A stretch of DNA of 64,000 nucleotides. Source: an uncultured Candidatus Saccharibacteria bacterium (GTDB lineage: Bacteria; Patescibacteriota; Minisyncoccia; Phycocordibacterales; Phycocordibacteraceae). The notes beneath the pieces were generated by a model. It made no database searches, was not told the origin of the DNA, and worked only from the letters and a program-made list of their open reading frames with translations. The stretch spans positions 181,695 through 245,694 of the forward strand of contig CAYSUL010000001.1 in assembly GCA_964434255.1 (NCBI GenBank), given 5' to 3'. Of this stretch, positions 9,604-19,444 are shown one piece after another (position 1 is the stretch's first letter; every line of letters starts with the position of its first letter). The translations under genes and the position numbers were made by a program.

Positions 9604-10104
9604 CTAGCGCTTGTATGCGGATTCGAGCGCGTTCACTAGGAACTGGACAGCGTGAGGCGACGCCAGATCGTTGCCCGCGAGCAAATCAGCGAGCGCTTCC
9701 CGCTCGGTATCAGCAAGCGCGTAAAGGACCATGGCGCAGAGAATTTCCGATAATTCCCTATGGACCCACGAGAACGAGATGATATAGCTCTCGCCTCTGA
9801 CCGCTGCGCCATTGAAGGACCTATCGTGAGAGGGACATTTCGAGCTCCGGGTATGCGACTCGTGTATAGCGAGCAACCGCGCTTCCATTTGGCAATCACG
9901 GATGAGTTCGTGGCCGATGGTCAGATCCGGCTGACCGACGGGCGTTATGACGAGAGGATTCCCATCATAAAGCGATACGCACAGGTACCCGCCCTTCCTT
10001 TCTCTCTTCTCGAGCTCTTCGCGGTACGGAGAGTTCGAATCCCACATGGCGCGAAGGACCGCGGTAGCGGCATCCGCGAACTGCTGTATGTCTTTTGACG
10101 CCAT
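9604..10104 (-). CDS. Orphan protein, possibly distant GlcG/HbpS (DUF336)-like fold, SD-led
   Basis: AAGGGAG SD before ATG 10104; GGYLCVS...GAAVRG...IISFS pattern. Confidence 0.6.
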   Translation of the reverse strand: MASKDIQQFADAATAVLRAMWDSNSPYREELEKRERKGGYLCVSLYDGNPLVITPVGQPDLTIGHELIRDCQMEARLLAIHESHTRSSKCPSHDRSFNGAAVRGESYIISFSWVHRELSEILCAMVLYALADTEREALADLLAGNDLASPHAVQFLVNALESAYKR

Positions 10105-10163
10105 CGGCGCACTCCCTTGCTGACTGTTCTGGTTGCATATCATCATGCGTCCACGTAAAAAGC

Positions 10164-10190
10164 AAAACCGCCCCGGGGAAGGGCGGTTTT
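10164..10190 (-). terminator. Intrinsic terminator (copy of the rpsJ terminator)
   Basis: aaaaccgccc...gggcggtttt. Confidence 0.8.
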
Positions 10191-10197
10191 CGAGCGC

Positions 10198-10350
10198 TCA
10201 ATCAGGAGCGTTCGACTCTAGGGACGGGCAACCGATGCCCACAGGACGTTCAGGTGGGTAGAAAAGGCTGTCGCCTGCGGCCCCGCTATTGCTCCGCCAC
10301 AGCGCGAACTCGTCTTCCGTAAGCGTAGCGTCACTTATCTGCCGTTGCAT
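10198..10350 (-). CDS. 50-aa orphan peptide (MQRQISDATLTEDEFALW...), SD-led
   Basis: Hand translation; AAGGAG SD; ends just before a terminator; below the ORF-track cutoff. Confidence 0.5.
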   Translation of the reverse strand: MQRQISDATLTEDEFALWRSNSGAAGDSLFYPPERPVGIGCPSLESNAPD

Positions 10351-10630
10351 TCACTCTCCTTCTCTCTTTCAGTCGGCCTTGGTAGATACGCTGTTCCGAA
10401 AGTGGGACCTTATGGAACAGCCAGCTCATGTCCTTCCCATCCTTCTTAACGCCCTTCCGATAGCGGTAGCGGAAGGCGGATTCGCTCCACTCCCAAGGAG
10501 TGTAGTAGGTAAGGGGCCTATCGGCCCAGGTAGGCCGGTCCACGAGGCCGCCGCCGAGCGAGCGCTGCACGCCGCGAGCGGTCTCCACTTCCTGTTTCGC
10601 TGCGCCGGTCAATCGCCTGATACGTTGCAT
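10331..10630 (-). CDS. 99-aa basic orphan protein, SD-led
   Basis: AAAGGA SD before ATG 10630 (MQRIRRLTG...); TATGCT -10 upstream. Confidence 0.6.
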   Translation of the reverse strand: MQRIRRLTGAAKQEVETARGVQRSLGGGLVDRPTWADRPLTYYTPWEWSESAFRYRYRKGVKKDGKDMSWLFHKVPLSEQRIYQGRLKERRRVNATADK

Positions 10631-10688
10631 TCGCACATCCTTTCTCAAAGAACAGGAATCGAGCATACCGCATCCTGCATGAAGATAA

Positions 10689-10720
10689 AAGCAAAACCGC
10701 CCGAGAGGGCGGTTTTGCTT
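10689..10720 (-). terminator. Terminator after rpsJ
   Basis: aagcaaaaccgccc-gaga-gggcggttttgctt, a perfect inverted repeat. Confidence 0.85.
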
Positions 10721-10737
10721 CGGTCGTAAGCGAGTGC

Positions 10738-11100
10738 TTACACCATCTTCACATCGATCGTGACACCGGATGGAAGGTTGAGGTTCGTGAGAGCCTCGAT
10801 GACCTTCGGATTCGGGGACATGATATCGATGAGGCGCTTGTGGATGCGCATCTCGAACTGCTCGCGTGCGTCCTTGTGGACGAAGGTCGAGCGGTTCACG
10901 GTCCAGCGCTTTATCTCGGTCGGAAGCGGGATAGGGCCGACGATTGACGCATCGAAGCGGTTCGCCGTATCCATTATCTGCTTCACCGAGAGGTCGAGGA
11001 TCTTATGCTCGTAGGCGCGGACACGGATGCGAAGCTTTGGCTCCGCGGCGGGCGCGCTTGCGTCCTTTTTCGCCGTCTTCTTCGCTTTAGTGGCTGCCAT
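10738..11100 (-). CDS. rpsJ: 30S ribosomal protein uS10
   Basis: GPIPLPT, REQFEMRIHKRLIDI; own TGcTACCCT -10 box 7 nt before ATG. Confidence 0.99.
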   Translation of the reverse strand: MAATKAKKTAKKDASAPAAEPKLRIRVRAYEHKILDLSVKQIMDTANRFDASIVGPIPLPTEIKRWTVNRSTFVHKDAREQFEMRIHKRLIDIMSPNPKVIEALTNLNLPSGVTIDVKMV

Positions 11101-11121
11101 ACGAGTCAGGGTAGCACGCTA

Positions 11122-12324
11122 TTACGCGGTGATCTTGGTCACGACGCCGGCGCCGACCGTCTTACCACCTTCGCGGACGGAGAAACGGAAGTTCTCTTCG
11201 AGCGCGATAGGCGCGGTGAGCTTGACCTTGAAGGTCACGGTGTCGCCTGGCATCACCATCTCCTTGCCGTCTGGAAGGGTCACTTCGCCGGTCACGTCCG
11301 TCGTGCGGATGTAGAACTGCGGCTTGTATCCCGTGAAGAACGGCGTGTGGCGTCCGCCTTCATCCTTAGAAAGGACGTAGACCTCCGCTTCGAAGTCGGT
11401 GTGCGGGGTAACCGAACCTGACTTCGCGAGGACCTGGCCGCGGTGCACGTCTTCCTTCTTCGTACCACGGAGAAGAATACCTGCGTTGTCGCCTGCCTGG
11501 CCTTCCTGGAGCTGCTTGTTGAACATCTCGATACCGGTGACGGTCGTCTTCGCGGTTGGGTGGAGGCCGACTATTTCGACTTCCTCACCGACCTTGATAA
11601 CGCCGCGCTCGATGCGGCCCGTGATAACGGTTCCGCGACCTTCGATCGAGAAGATGTCCTCGATAGGCATGAGGAACGGCTTGTCGAGCTCGCGCTCTGG
11701 CTGCGGGAAGTACGTGTCCATGGTGTCCACGAGCTCCTTCACCTTAAGCGCCCACTGGTCGTCCGCTGAAGTCGCTTCGAGCGCCTTGAGGCCGGAACCA
11801 CGGATGACCGGGGTTGCTGCGCCGTCGTAGCCCTGCTTGGTAAGGAGTTCGCGCATCTCTTCCTCCACGAGGTCGAGCATGTCCGCGTCGTCAACCATAT
11901 CTACCTTGTTGAGGAAGATGATGAGGCGCGGCACACCAACCTGCTTGGCGAGAAGAATGTGCTCACGGGTCTGCGGCATGGCGCCGTCAGTAGCCGCGAC
12001 CACGAGGACTGCACCGTCCATCTGGGCGGCACCAGTGATCATGTTCTTGATGTAGTCAGCGTGGCCCGGCGCATCGATGTGCGCGTAGTGGCGGTTCGGT
12101 GACTCGTACTCCGAGTGGTGAAGCGCAATGGTAATACCACGCGCCTTCTCTTCCGGAGCGTTGTCGATGTTCTCGACCTTCTCTGCACGGGCCTTGTAGC
12201 CGGCTGCGGAGTTGAGGTTGAGGACGTTCAGGATAGCGGCCGTAAGGGTCGTCTTGCCGTGGTCAACGTGGCCGATGGTGCCCACGTTCATGTGCGGCTT
12301 GCTGCGATCGAATGCATCTGCCAT
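11122..12324 (-). CDS. tuf: Elongation factor Tu
   Basis: [29 protein letters not shown]. Confidence 0.99.
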   Translation of the reverse strand: MADAFDRSKPHMNVGTIGHVDHGKTTLTAAILNVLNLNSAAGYKARAEKVENIDNAPEEKARGITIALHHSEYESPNRHYAHIDAPGHADYIKNMITGAAQMDGAVLVVAATDGAMPQTREHILLAKQVGVPRLIIFLNKVDMVDDADMLDLVEEEMRELLTKQGYDGAATPVIRGSGLKALEATSADDQWALKVKELVDTMDTYFPQPERELDKPFLMPIEDIFSIEGRGTVITGRIERGVIKVGEEVEIVGLHPTAKTTVTGIEMFNKQLQEGQAGDNAGILLRGTKKEDVHRGQVLAKSGSVTPHTDFEAEVYVLSKDEGGRHTPFFTGYKPQFYIRTTDVTGEVTLPDGKEMVMPGDTVTFKVKLTAPIALEENFRFSVREGGKTVGAGVVTKITA

Positions 12325-12482
12325 AGGTTCGTAAGTTACTGGTAGCTAAAGTTATAACTTTGCCGCGCCTGCCTGTTTTAAAAGACAGGCGACCAAGGCG
12401 GTAGGCGTTACCCGCGCAGCGCTTTCCACCAGTTCCCTATGAGAGGAACATTGAAAAGAGCGCCGTACTCGCGTTAATAGCT

Positions 12483-12511
12483 AAGATACAGGCCAGGAAG
12501 CGAGCGGTCAA
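12483..12511 (-). promoter_or_regulatory. tuf promoter
   Basis: TTGACC-N17-TATCTT, followed by a structured leader of about 150 nt. Confidence 0.65.
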
Positions 12512-12527
12512 GCTTCGAAGATAAGGA

Positions 12528-12559
12528 AACGCCCCTTCCGAGCTATCGGAAGGGGCGTT
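12528..12559 (-). terminator. Intrinsic terminator
   Basis: aacgccccttccga-gcta-tcggaaggggcgtt. Confidence 0.8.
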
Positions 12560-12583
12560 GTCTCTTGGGCGGGTCTGAAGACC

Positions 12584-12742
12584 TTAGTTTCGCTTGGGCG
12601 CCGGAGGGAGCCGCGGATGCTGGAAGCGTTCCTTCAGGTACGCGTCCTTGCCCTTGGGCGACTCATGAGGACGATGGTTAGCGTGCTCGATGTGCGGGGA
12701 CCTTCCCTCGCCACGGAGGAAGGAGGGACGATGATTAGTCAT
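12584..12742 (-). CDS. 52-aa His/Pro/Arg-rich orphan peptide (MTNHRPSFLRGEG...), SD-led cassette
   Basis: Hand translation; TGcTAGCAT -10, AAAGGTGA SD, terminator downstream. Confidence 0.6.
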   Translation of the reverse strand: MTNHRPSFLRGEGRSPHIEHANHRPHESPKGKDAYLKERFQHPRLPPAPKRN

Positions 12743-12788
12743 CTCAATCACCTTTCGCTATCGTTCCGCCCTCTATGCTAGCACGCGT

Positions 12789-13244
12789 TTATTGCAGCTC
12801 GAGGACCGTGGTGAAGTTCCCGCGGAAACCGTTCGATTCCGTCGTCGATTCCTCCTGCTGGCCCACTTTAACGACGTACTCGCCCCCCTCCTCGAACACC
12901 CCTATCTCGTCTCCTCCGCCCGCGAACCAGCAGAGCACCCCTGAAATCTGGCCTGGCTGCAGGTTCTCGGCAGCGATCTCGGCGCACGATCCCGCGTACG
13001 TACCGACCTCCTTGCTTTCGGCCCCGCGAATGAGCGTGACCGCAGTCTGCGGGGTGCCGTCCTTTTCTCCGGCATCCTCGAACTTCCAACTGAAGGTGGC
13101 AGAATCGTTCGTTTCTGCCGCTTCCGGCATCTTAGCGAGCTCCATCTTCTTGAAATCAAGATCGCCGCGCATATACAGCGCCACGGCTGCAGCGATAGCT
13201 ATGAGCAGAAGCGCCCCTAGAAGCAGGTTCTTTCGTGTGTTCAT
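12789..13244 (-). CDS. Membrane-anchored extracytoplasmic hypothetical protein
   Basis: N-terminal hydrophobic helix, CWFAGGGDEIGV; leaderless (TGcTACCGT-6nt-ATG). Confidence 0.75.
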   Translation of the reverse strand: MNTRKNLLLGALLLIAIAAAVALYMRGDLDFKKMELAKMPEAAETNDSATFSWKFEDAGEKDGTPQTAVTLIRGAESKEVGTYAGSCAEIAAENLQPGQISGVLCWFAGGGDEIGVFEEGGEYVVKVGQQEESTTESNGFRGNFTTVLELQ

Positions 13245-13299
13245 ACTAAAACGGTAGCATGGCGGGAAAAGGGAGAAAGAAGGACTTCGGGATAAGGAA

Positions 13300-13323
13300 A
13301 GGGCGGCCGCAAGCGGCCGCCCT
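13300..13323 (-). terminator. Intrinsic terminator
   Basis: agggcggcc-gcaagc-ggccgccct. Confidence 0.75.
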
Positions 13324-13330
13324 AGCACCC

Positions 13331-13693
13331 TTATGAATTGCGACTCCCTCTCCGCCTGAACGGAACACGCTGGGTTATCTGGCCTGCCCTACCAAGACGA
13401 AGCGGTGGCACGCCGTGCGGAGCTTCCTCCCACCTCTTCAGCTCGTGGCCTCCGTCTATCGTGTCCATGCCCACCTCAAGGCTGCAGGACGGCCCAGCGT
13501 ACCGATAGGTATGCGCAGCCGCCAGAAGCAGCAGTACCTCCTCATCGGGAGTATGCGAGGCTTCCTGAGAAAAAAGCTCCAGCGAACTGGTGCCGACGAT
13601 ATAGGAATCCTCGTAATTCTCGAATGCGGGCCTGACAGTATTCATGAGCCCGACCCACACGATAAGTGAATGTAGATCTAAATCCTCGTTCAT
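13331..13693 (-). CDS. 120-aa orphan protein, SD-led cassette
   Basis: TGcTAGGAT -10, AGGGGA SD, terminator downstream. Confidence 0.65.
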   Translation of the reverse strand: MNEDLDLHSLIVWVGLMNTVRPAFENYEDSYIVGTSSLELFSQEASHTPDEEVLLLLAAAHTYRYAGPSCSLEVGMDTIDGGHELKRWEEAPHGVPPLRLGRAGQITQRVPFRRRGSRNS

Positions 13694-13745
13694 CCCATTC
13701 CCCTATTGTTCTATCCCGACGGAATCCTAGCACACGCAGGCTAAA

Positions 13746-13774
13746 ACAAAGAGCCGCTTGAAGCGGCTCTTTGT
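13746..13774 (-). terminator. Terminator after fusA
   Basis: acaaagagccgctt-g-aagcggctctttgt. Confidence 0.85.
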
Positions 13775-13790
13775 CCTTACGAAAGTAAGA

Positions 13791-15938
<2,148 letters not shown>

Positions 15939-16016
15939 ATAGGTAATTAAAGTAAAAAGCCGCCGAGGCGTTAGTCATAAGATACGTTTTCGACTGCTAA
16001 AACGCAAGAAAAGCGA

Positions 16017-16042
16017 AGGGCGCGGATTCTATCCGCGCCCTT
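16017..16042 (-). terminator. Intrinsic terminator
   Basis: agggcgcgga-ttcta-tccgcgccct. Confidence 0.7.
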
Positions 16043-16070
16043 GTGTCGTCGCCCCGCTGGAGCGTATTGG

Positions 16071-16277
16071 TCAGCCGTTCTCCTTAGTGCGGCTACCCGC
16101 ACGATTGCTTTCACCGCCCTTGCGGCCAGCGGACGCGGCGAGGTCGCGGTCCTTGGCGAAGCTGCGCTTCTCGCCCGGGACACTCGCGCCGCCCTTGCGG
16201 GCGATTTCGCGCCGGCGTTCCGGATTCATCGCGGCGAAGCCCCGACGGGACTTTGGCTTAGCATTGGGGTCGCTCAT
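16071..16277 (-). CDS. KGG-repeat general stress protein (YciG/con-10-like), SD-led
   Basis: RGFAAMNPERRREIARKGG and LAASAGRKGG motifs; AGGGAGG SD. Confidence 0.9.
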   Translation of the reverse strand: MSDPNAKPKSRRGFAAMNPERRREIARKGGASVPGEKRSFAKDRDLAASAGRKGGESNRAGSRTKENG

Positions 16278-16357
16278 TGGCGGGCCCTCCCTACTGTAAT
16301 CGCCCGGGATGGACGATTATCTGCCAGCACCTTACCAGGGCGGCATGGAGAGCGCCA

Positions 16358-16831
16358 CTACTGGCTCACGCAGTGATTGTACGAAGTGGTCCATCCGGCG
16401 CAGCCGGTTAGGGTCGAGGGTTCGGACGTGCCAGGATCCTGGTTCAAGACGGCACAGACCGTAAAGCGTCCATTGTTGTCATTCTCGTTTGCATAGAAAT
16501 AGTCGCCGGTCTGGTTCGCATAGAACGGATCGAGCGGCATCTTGGAGATATACGTCGGGACGATATCCGACTGGAGGGCGGCGCCCATTCCGCTGGTTGG
16601 ATTGGAGACGTAGGTGCACCAGCCGGATGTGCGCGGTAGTGAGCCGGTGCTGTTGTAGTAGCTGTTTATCGACTTCACGAGCTGGCTCACATCGGAGCGC
16701 CTCCGGGCATCGTTCGCCTTGTTGCGAGCGACGTTAAGCGAGGAAAGCACCACCGACGAGAGGATACCGATAATAGCTATCACCACGAGGAGCTCGATGA
16801 GGGTGAAGCCGCGATTGGTTGAGTGTTCCAT
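16358..16831 (-). CDS. Type IV pilin / GspG-like pseudopilin
   Basis: Prepilin site RG|FTLIELLVVIAIIGILSSVV; start ATG 16831. Confidence 0.9.
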   Translation of the reverse strand: MEHSTNRGFTLIELLVVIAIIGILSSVVLSSLNVARNKANDARRRSDVSQLVKSINSYYNSTGSLPRTSGWCTYVSNPTSGMGAALQSDIVPTYISKMPLDPFYANQTGDYFYANENDNNGRFTVCAVLNQDPGTSEPSTLTGCAGWTTSYNHCVSQ

Positions 16832-16833
16832 AC

Positions 16834-17097
16834 CTATTGCTTGATGATGGCCGGATTGATAACGCTGGCATCGATAGGCGTGATGACGACTATCTCCTTC
16901 GGTTGCGTCTTGAACGCGATGAATACCGATGCGGCGAGCACCGTACCAAGCACGCCGAGCACCACCTTCTCCATCTTGCCTTCGTCCTTCTTGGGCCCTG
17001 GTGTTATGAGCTGCCCGAGCGGAAGACCCGCACGCTTCCCGTTCGACCGACGCATGAGCGCCGGATCCTTTTCGGAATCGAATACTACCTCGTCCAT
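16834..17097 (-). CDS. Small single-TM hypothetical protein
   Basis: One hydrophobic helix; stop abuts the pilin start. Confidence 0.55.
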   Translation of the reverse strand: MDEVVFDSEKDPALMRRSNGKRAGLPLGQLITPGPKKDEGKMEKVVLGVLGTVLAASVFIAFKTQPKEIVVITPIDASVINPAIIKQ

Positions 17098-17187
17098 GTG
17101 GCTTCCAGTATATACGCACCGAGCCGTCTTTCCGTCTTTTCCCCACGGGTGTAGGGTGAAATCAGAGCCATAGTAGGGAGAAAACAG

Positions 17188-17625
17188 ATGGAGATCCTTG
17201 AGATTGCTGTCCTGCCTGATGATTGGCCCGAGCACGAAAAGGTCCAATCGTTAAAGAAACCGCCGAAGGGCTGGCGCGGCGGCCACTACAATCGAGCGTG
17301 TCTTTTCGCAAAGCGTGGCTTCGTGCAATATGCGGCTCGACTGAACGAACCGTTCGATCGCCACTTTATCGGCATCATGTTCCTGCAATTGTTCGAGAGC
17401 TTCGATCAGCCTGCAGGCAGATGGCGGCGGCAAGTACCGCAATACCTGAAGACCTTCGATCCCTTCTTCGGGGCACCTATCACGGTCGGATTCGATCCTC
17501 TCACCGGCAACATGTGGGTAGCCGACGGGCATCATGATCTGAAATACTTCAGGAACCAAACCCTCAAGGCCGTGAAGCATGAGGGCTTTGAATTCGCCCG
17601 CGTAGTCCGCCCTCGCGAGCCCTGA
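17188..17625 (+). CDS. Orphan with ParB/Srx N-terminal-like motif, SD-led cassette
   Basis: PITVG...WVADGHH motif; AGGGAG SD; terminator at 17637. Confidence 0.65.
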   Translation: MEILEIAVLPDDWPEHEKVQSLKKPPKGWRGGHYNRACLFAKRGFVQYAARLNEPFDRHFIGIMFLQLFESFDQPAGRWRRQVPQYLKTFDPFFGAPITVGFDPLTGNMWVADGHHDLKYFRNQTLKAVKHEGFEFARVVRPREP

Positions 17626-17636
17626 CGAAATGTGAG

Positions 17637-17710
17637 AAGCGCGCCCTCCCGAGGGCGCGCTTTTCTTCAACCGCGTCCATAAAAACAGAGGCGCCCGGTT
17701 GGGCGCCTCT
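17637..17710. terminator. Two terminators of convergent orphan cassettes
   Basis: aagcgcgccctc/gagggcgcgctttt and agaggcgccc/gggcgcctct. Confidence 0.8.
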
Positions 17711-17730
17711 TCGTTTTCGTCATTTTCTTG

Positions 17731-17928
17731 CTAGCAGTAGCGTGGGCGATTGGCCCGGTACGGCTCGAGATTGAGGCCTAGTTCCGGGATTGGTTCGGGT
17801 TCGGGCCGGAACCCGTTCTTCCGACAGATGTTTCCGGTGCATTCACCTCTTCGCGGACCGCACTTGAGTCCTCCCTCATCCGTACCGTTCGGAAGATCGG
17901 GACATCGTGGATGATGATGGCAATACAT
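17731..17928 (-). CDS. 65-aa Cys/His-rich orphan peptide, SD-led cassette
   Basis: GGAG SD before ATG 17928 (MYCHHHPRC...); six Cys. Confidence 0.55.
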   Translation of the reverse strand: MYCHHHPRCPDLPNGTDEGGLKCGPRRGECTGNICRKNGFRPEPEPIPELGLNLEPYRANRPRYC

Positions 17929-18010
17929 GACCTTGCTCCATAAAAGTTCCCTCTGTGCCCACCCTACGCCTGCGATACGTAAATACAAGTGTGGGGGGGT
18001 GCATTACGCA

Positions 18011-18031
18011 AAACCGCCCTTTCGGGCGGTT
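18011..18031 (-). terminator. Terminator after rpsG
   Basis: aaccgccc-tttc-gggcggtt. Confidence 0.7.
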
Positions 18032-18041
18032 CGTTCGGCTG

Positions 18042-18506
18042 TTACCAGGCGAAGTGGGCGAATGCCTTGTTGGCCTCGGCCATGCGGTGCATGTCGTCCT
18101 TCTTCTTGATAGCTGTGCCCTCGTTCTTAACGGCGAGGAGGATTTCCTCCGCGAGCTTCGCTGCCATAGGCTTACCCTTCTTGGCGCGTGCGGAGTTGAT
18201 GAGCCAACGGTATGCGAGGGAGACGCGGCGCTGCTGCGGCACTTCGCGCGGCACCTGGTAGTTAGCGCCACCGACACGGCGGGAACGGACCTCCATGAGC
18301 GGAGAGACGTTGCGGATGGCGGTCTCGAAGGTCTCGAGTGGATCCATCTCCTGCGCCTTGATGAGGTCGAGTGCATCGTAGACGACCTTGCGGGCGGTAT
18401 CCTTCTTGCCGTCCCACATGACGGTGTTGATGAAGCGTGAAATAGCCTCCGAACCATAAACGAGGTCAGGGCGGCGTGGGTACTTGTTTTTTACGGGATG
18501 TCGCAT
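18042..18506 (-). CDS. rpsG: 30S ribosomal protein uS7
   Basis: [25 protein letters not shown]. Confidence 0.99.
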   Translation of the reverse strand: MRHPVKNKYPRRPDLVYGSEAISRFINTVMWDGKKDTARKVVYDALDLIKAQEMDPLETFETAIRNVSPLMEVRSRRVGGANYQVPREVPQQRRVSLAYRWLINSARAKKGKPMAAKLAEEILLAVKNEGTAIKKKDDMHRMAEANKAFAHFAW

Positions 18507-18521
18507 GGTGGTATATGAAAA

Positions 18522-18932
18522 CTATGCCTTAGGCTTCTTAGCTCCGTAACGGGAACGGGAACGGCGACGCTTATCGAGACCGGCGGTGTCGAGGCGACCA
18601 CGCACGATGGTGTACTGGACACCGATATCCTTCACGCGACCACCGCGGAGCATGACCACGGAGTGCTCCTGGAGGTTGTGGCCCTCGCCCGGGATGTAGG
18701 CGGTGACTTCCATGCCGTTGGTGAGGCGTACGCGGGCGATCTTACGGATAGCGGAGTTAGGCTTGCGGGGAGTCTTTGTGGTCACCTTCACGCACACGCC
18801 ACGCTTGAACGGCGCCGAGTAGAAGGTTGGGCGGTTCTTAAGGGTGTTGAAGCCACGTCCAAGAGCCACGACCTTCGTTTTGCGGGTCAGTGGCTTACGT
18901 GCCTTCTTCGTGAGCTGATTGATGGTTGCCAT
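18522..18932 (-). CDS. rpsL: 30S ribosomal protein uS12
   Basis: [22 protein letters not shown]. Confidence 0.99.
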   Translation of the reverse strand: MATINQLTKKARKPLTRKTKVVALGRGFNTLKNRPTFYSAPFKRGVCVKVTTKTPRKPNSAIRKIARVRLTNGMEVTAYIPGEGHNLQEHSVVMLRGGRVKDIGVQYTIVRGRLDTAGLDKRRRSRSRYGAKKPKA

Positions 18933-19001
18933 TTCGAAATGAAAACTCCCCCGTGGGAGTTAGGCACACTATATATAAAGGCCTATATAAATGCAAATTA
19001 T

Positions 19002-19442
19002 CTAGGCTTTGCCTGCTCCTTTCCTTCTCAGTCGCTCCGGAAGCTCAGAAGTACCTAGTAATAGGAGCGAGAGGAATCCATAAAGCACTGCAAGTAGGCC
19101 AGCCCACATACTCACATCATTAAGGGCAAAACCTGCAAATTTCATATGTGACAGAGCAAATAGAAGGGGTACGACCAGAATACCGCACCATAAAGAGAAG
19201 CGTGCCCATAGGCTATAAGTCCTACGAGTGGTAAAGAAGGCGAGAAGAGACGCGATAAGGAATGTAATGGAGAGGGGTAGACCTGGATCTCCTATCTCCA
19301 CTTCGTAAGGAGACCTACAAATTAAGCCTTGGGTATTCGTTAACACTTCATTGCACAGCCCGAACCATTCTGGCCATATGAGGTAAGAGGATAGGCCTGT
19401 CGCGAGAATCCCTACACCAATCAATACGTATCTGATGCTCAT
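19002..19442 (-). CDS. Multi-TM membrane protein, possible immunity partner of the upstream hydrolase
   Basis: About four hydrophobic helices; starts 2 nt after the hydrolase stop; visibly more AT-rich. Confidence 0.65.
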   Translation of the reverse strand: MSIRYVLIGVGILATGLSSYLIWPEWFGLCNEVLTNTQGLICRSPYEVEIGDPGLPLSITFLIASLLAFFTTRRTYSLWARFSLWCGILVVPLLFALSHMKFAGFALNDVSMWAGLLAVLYGFLSLLLLGTSELPERLRRKGAGKA

Positions 19443-19444
19443 GG

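Noticed and set aside
16832-17146. N-terminal extension of the pilin ORF, and similar upstream extensions of the comEC-MBL, nusA, recJ, rnhA and HIT ORFs in the track
   Set aside because: The extensions overlap other genes or promoters; downstream ATGs match family N-termini and -10 spacing.
18970-18990. Near-palindrome tatataaaggcctatata in the rpsL promoter spacer
   Set aside because: Imperfect and low-complexity AT sequence; explained by the TTGCAT-N17-TATAGT promoter.
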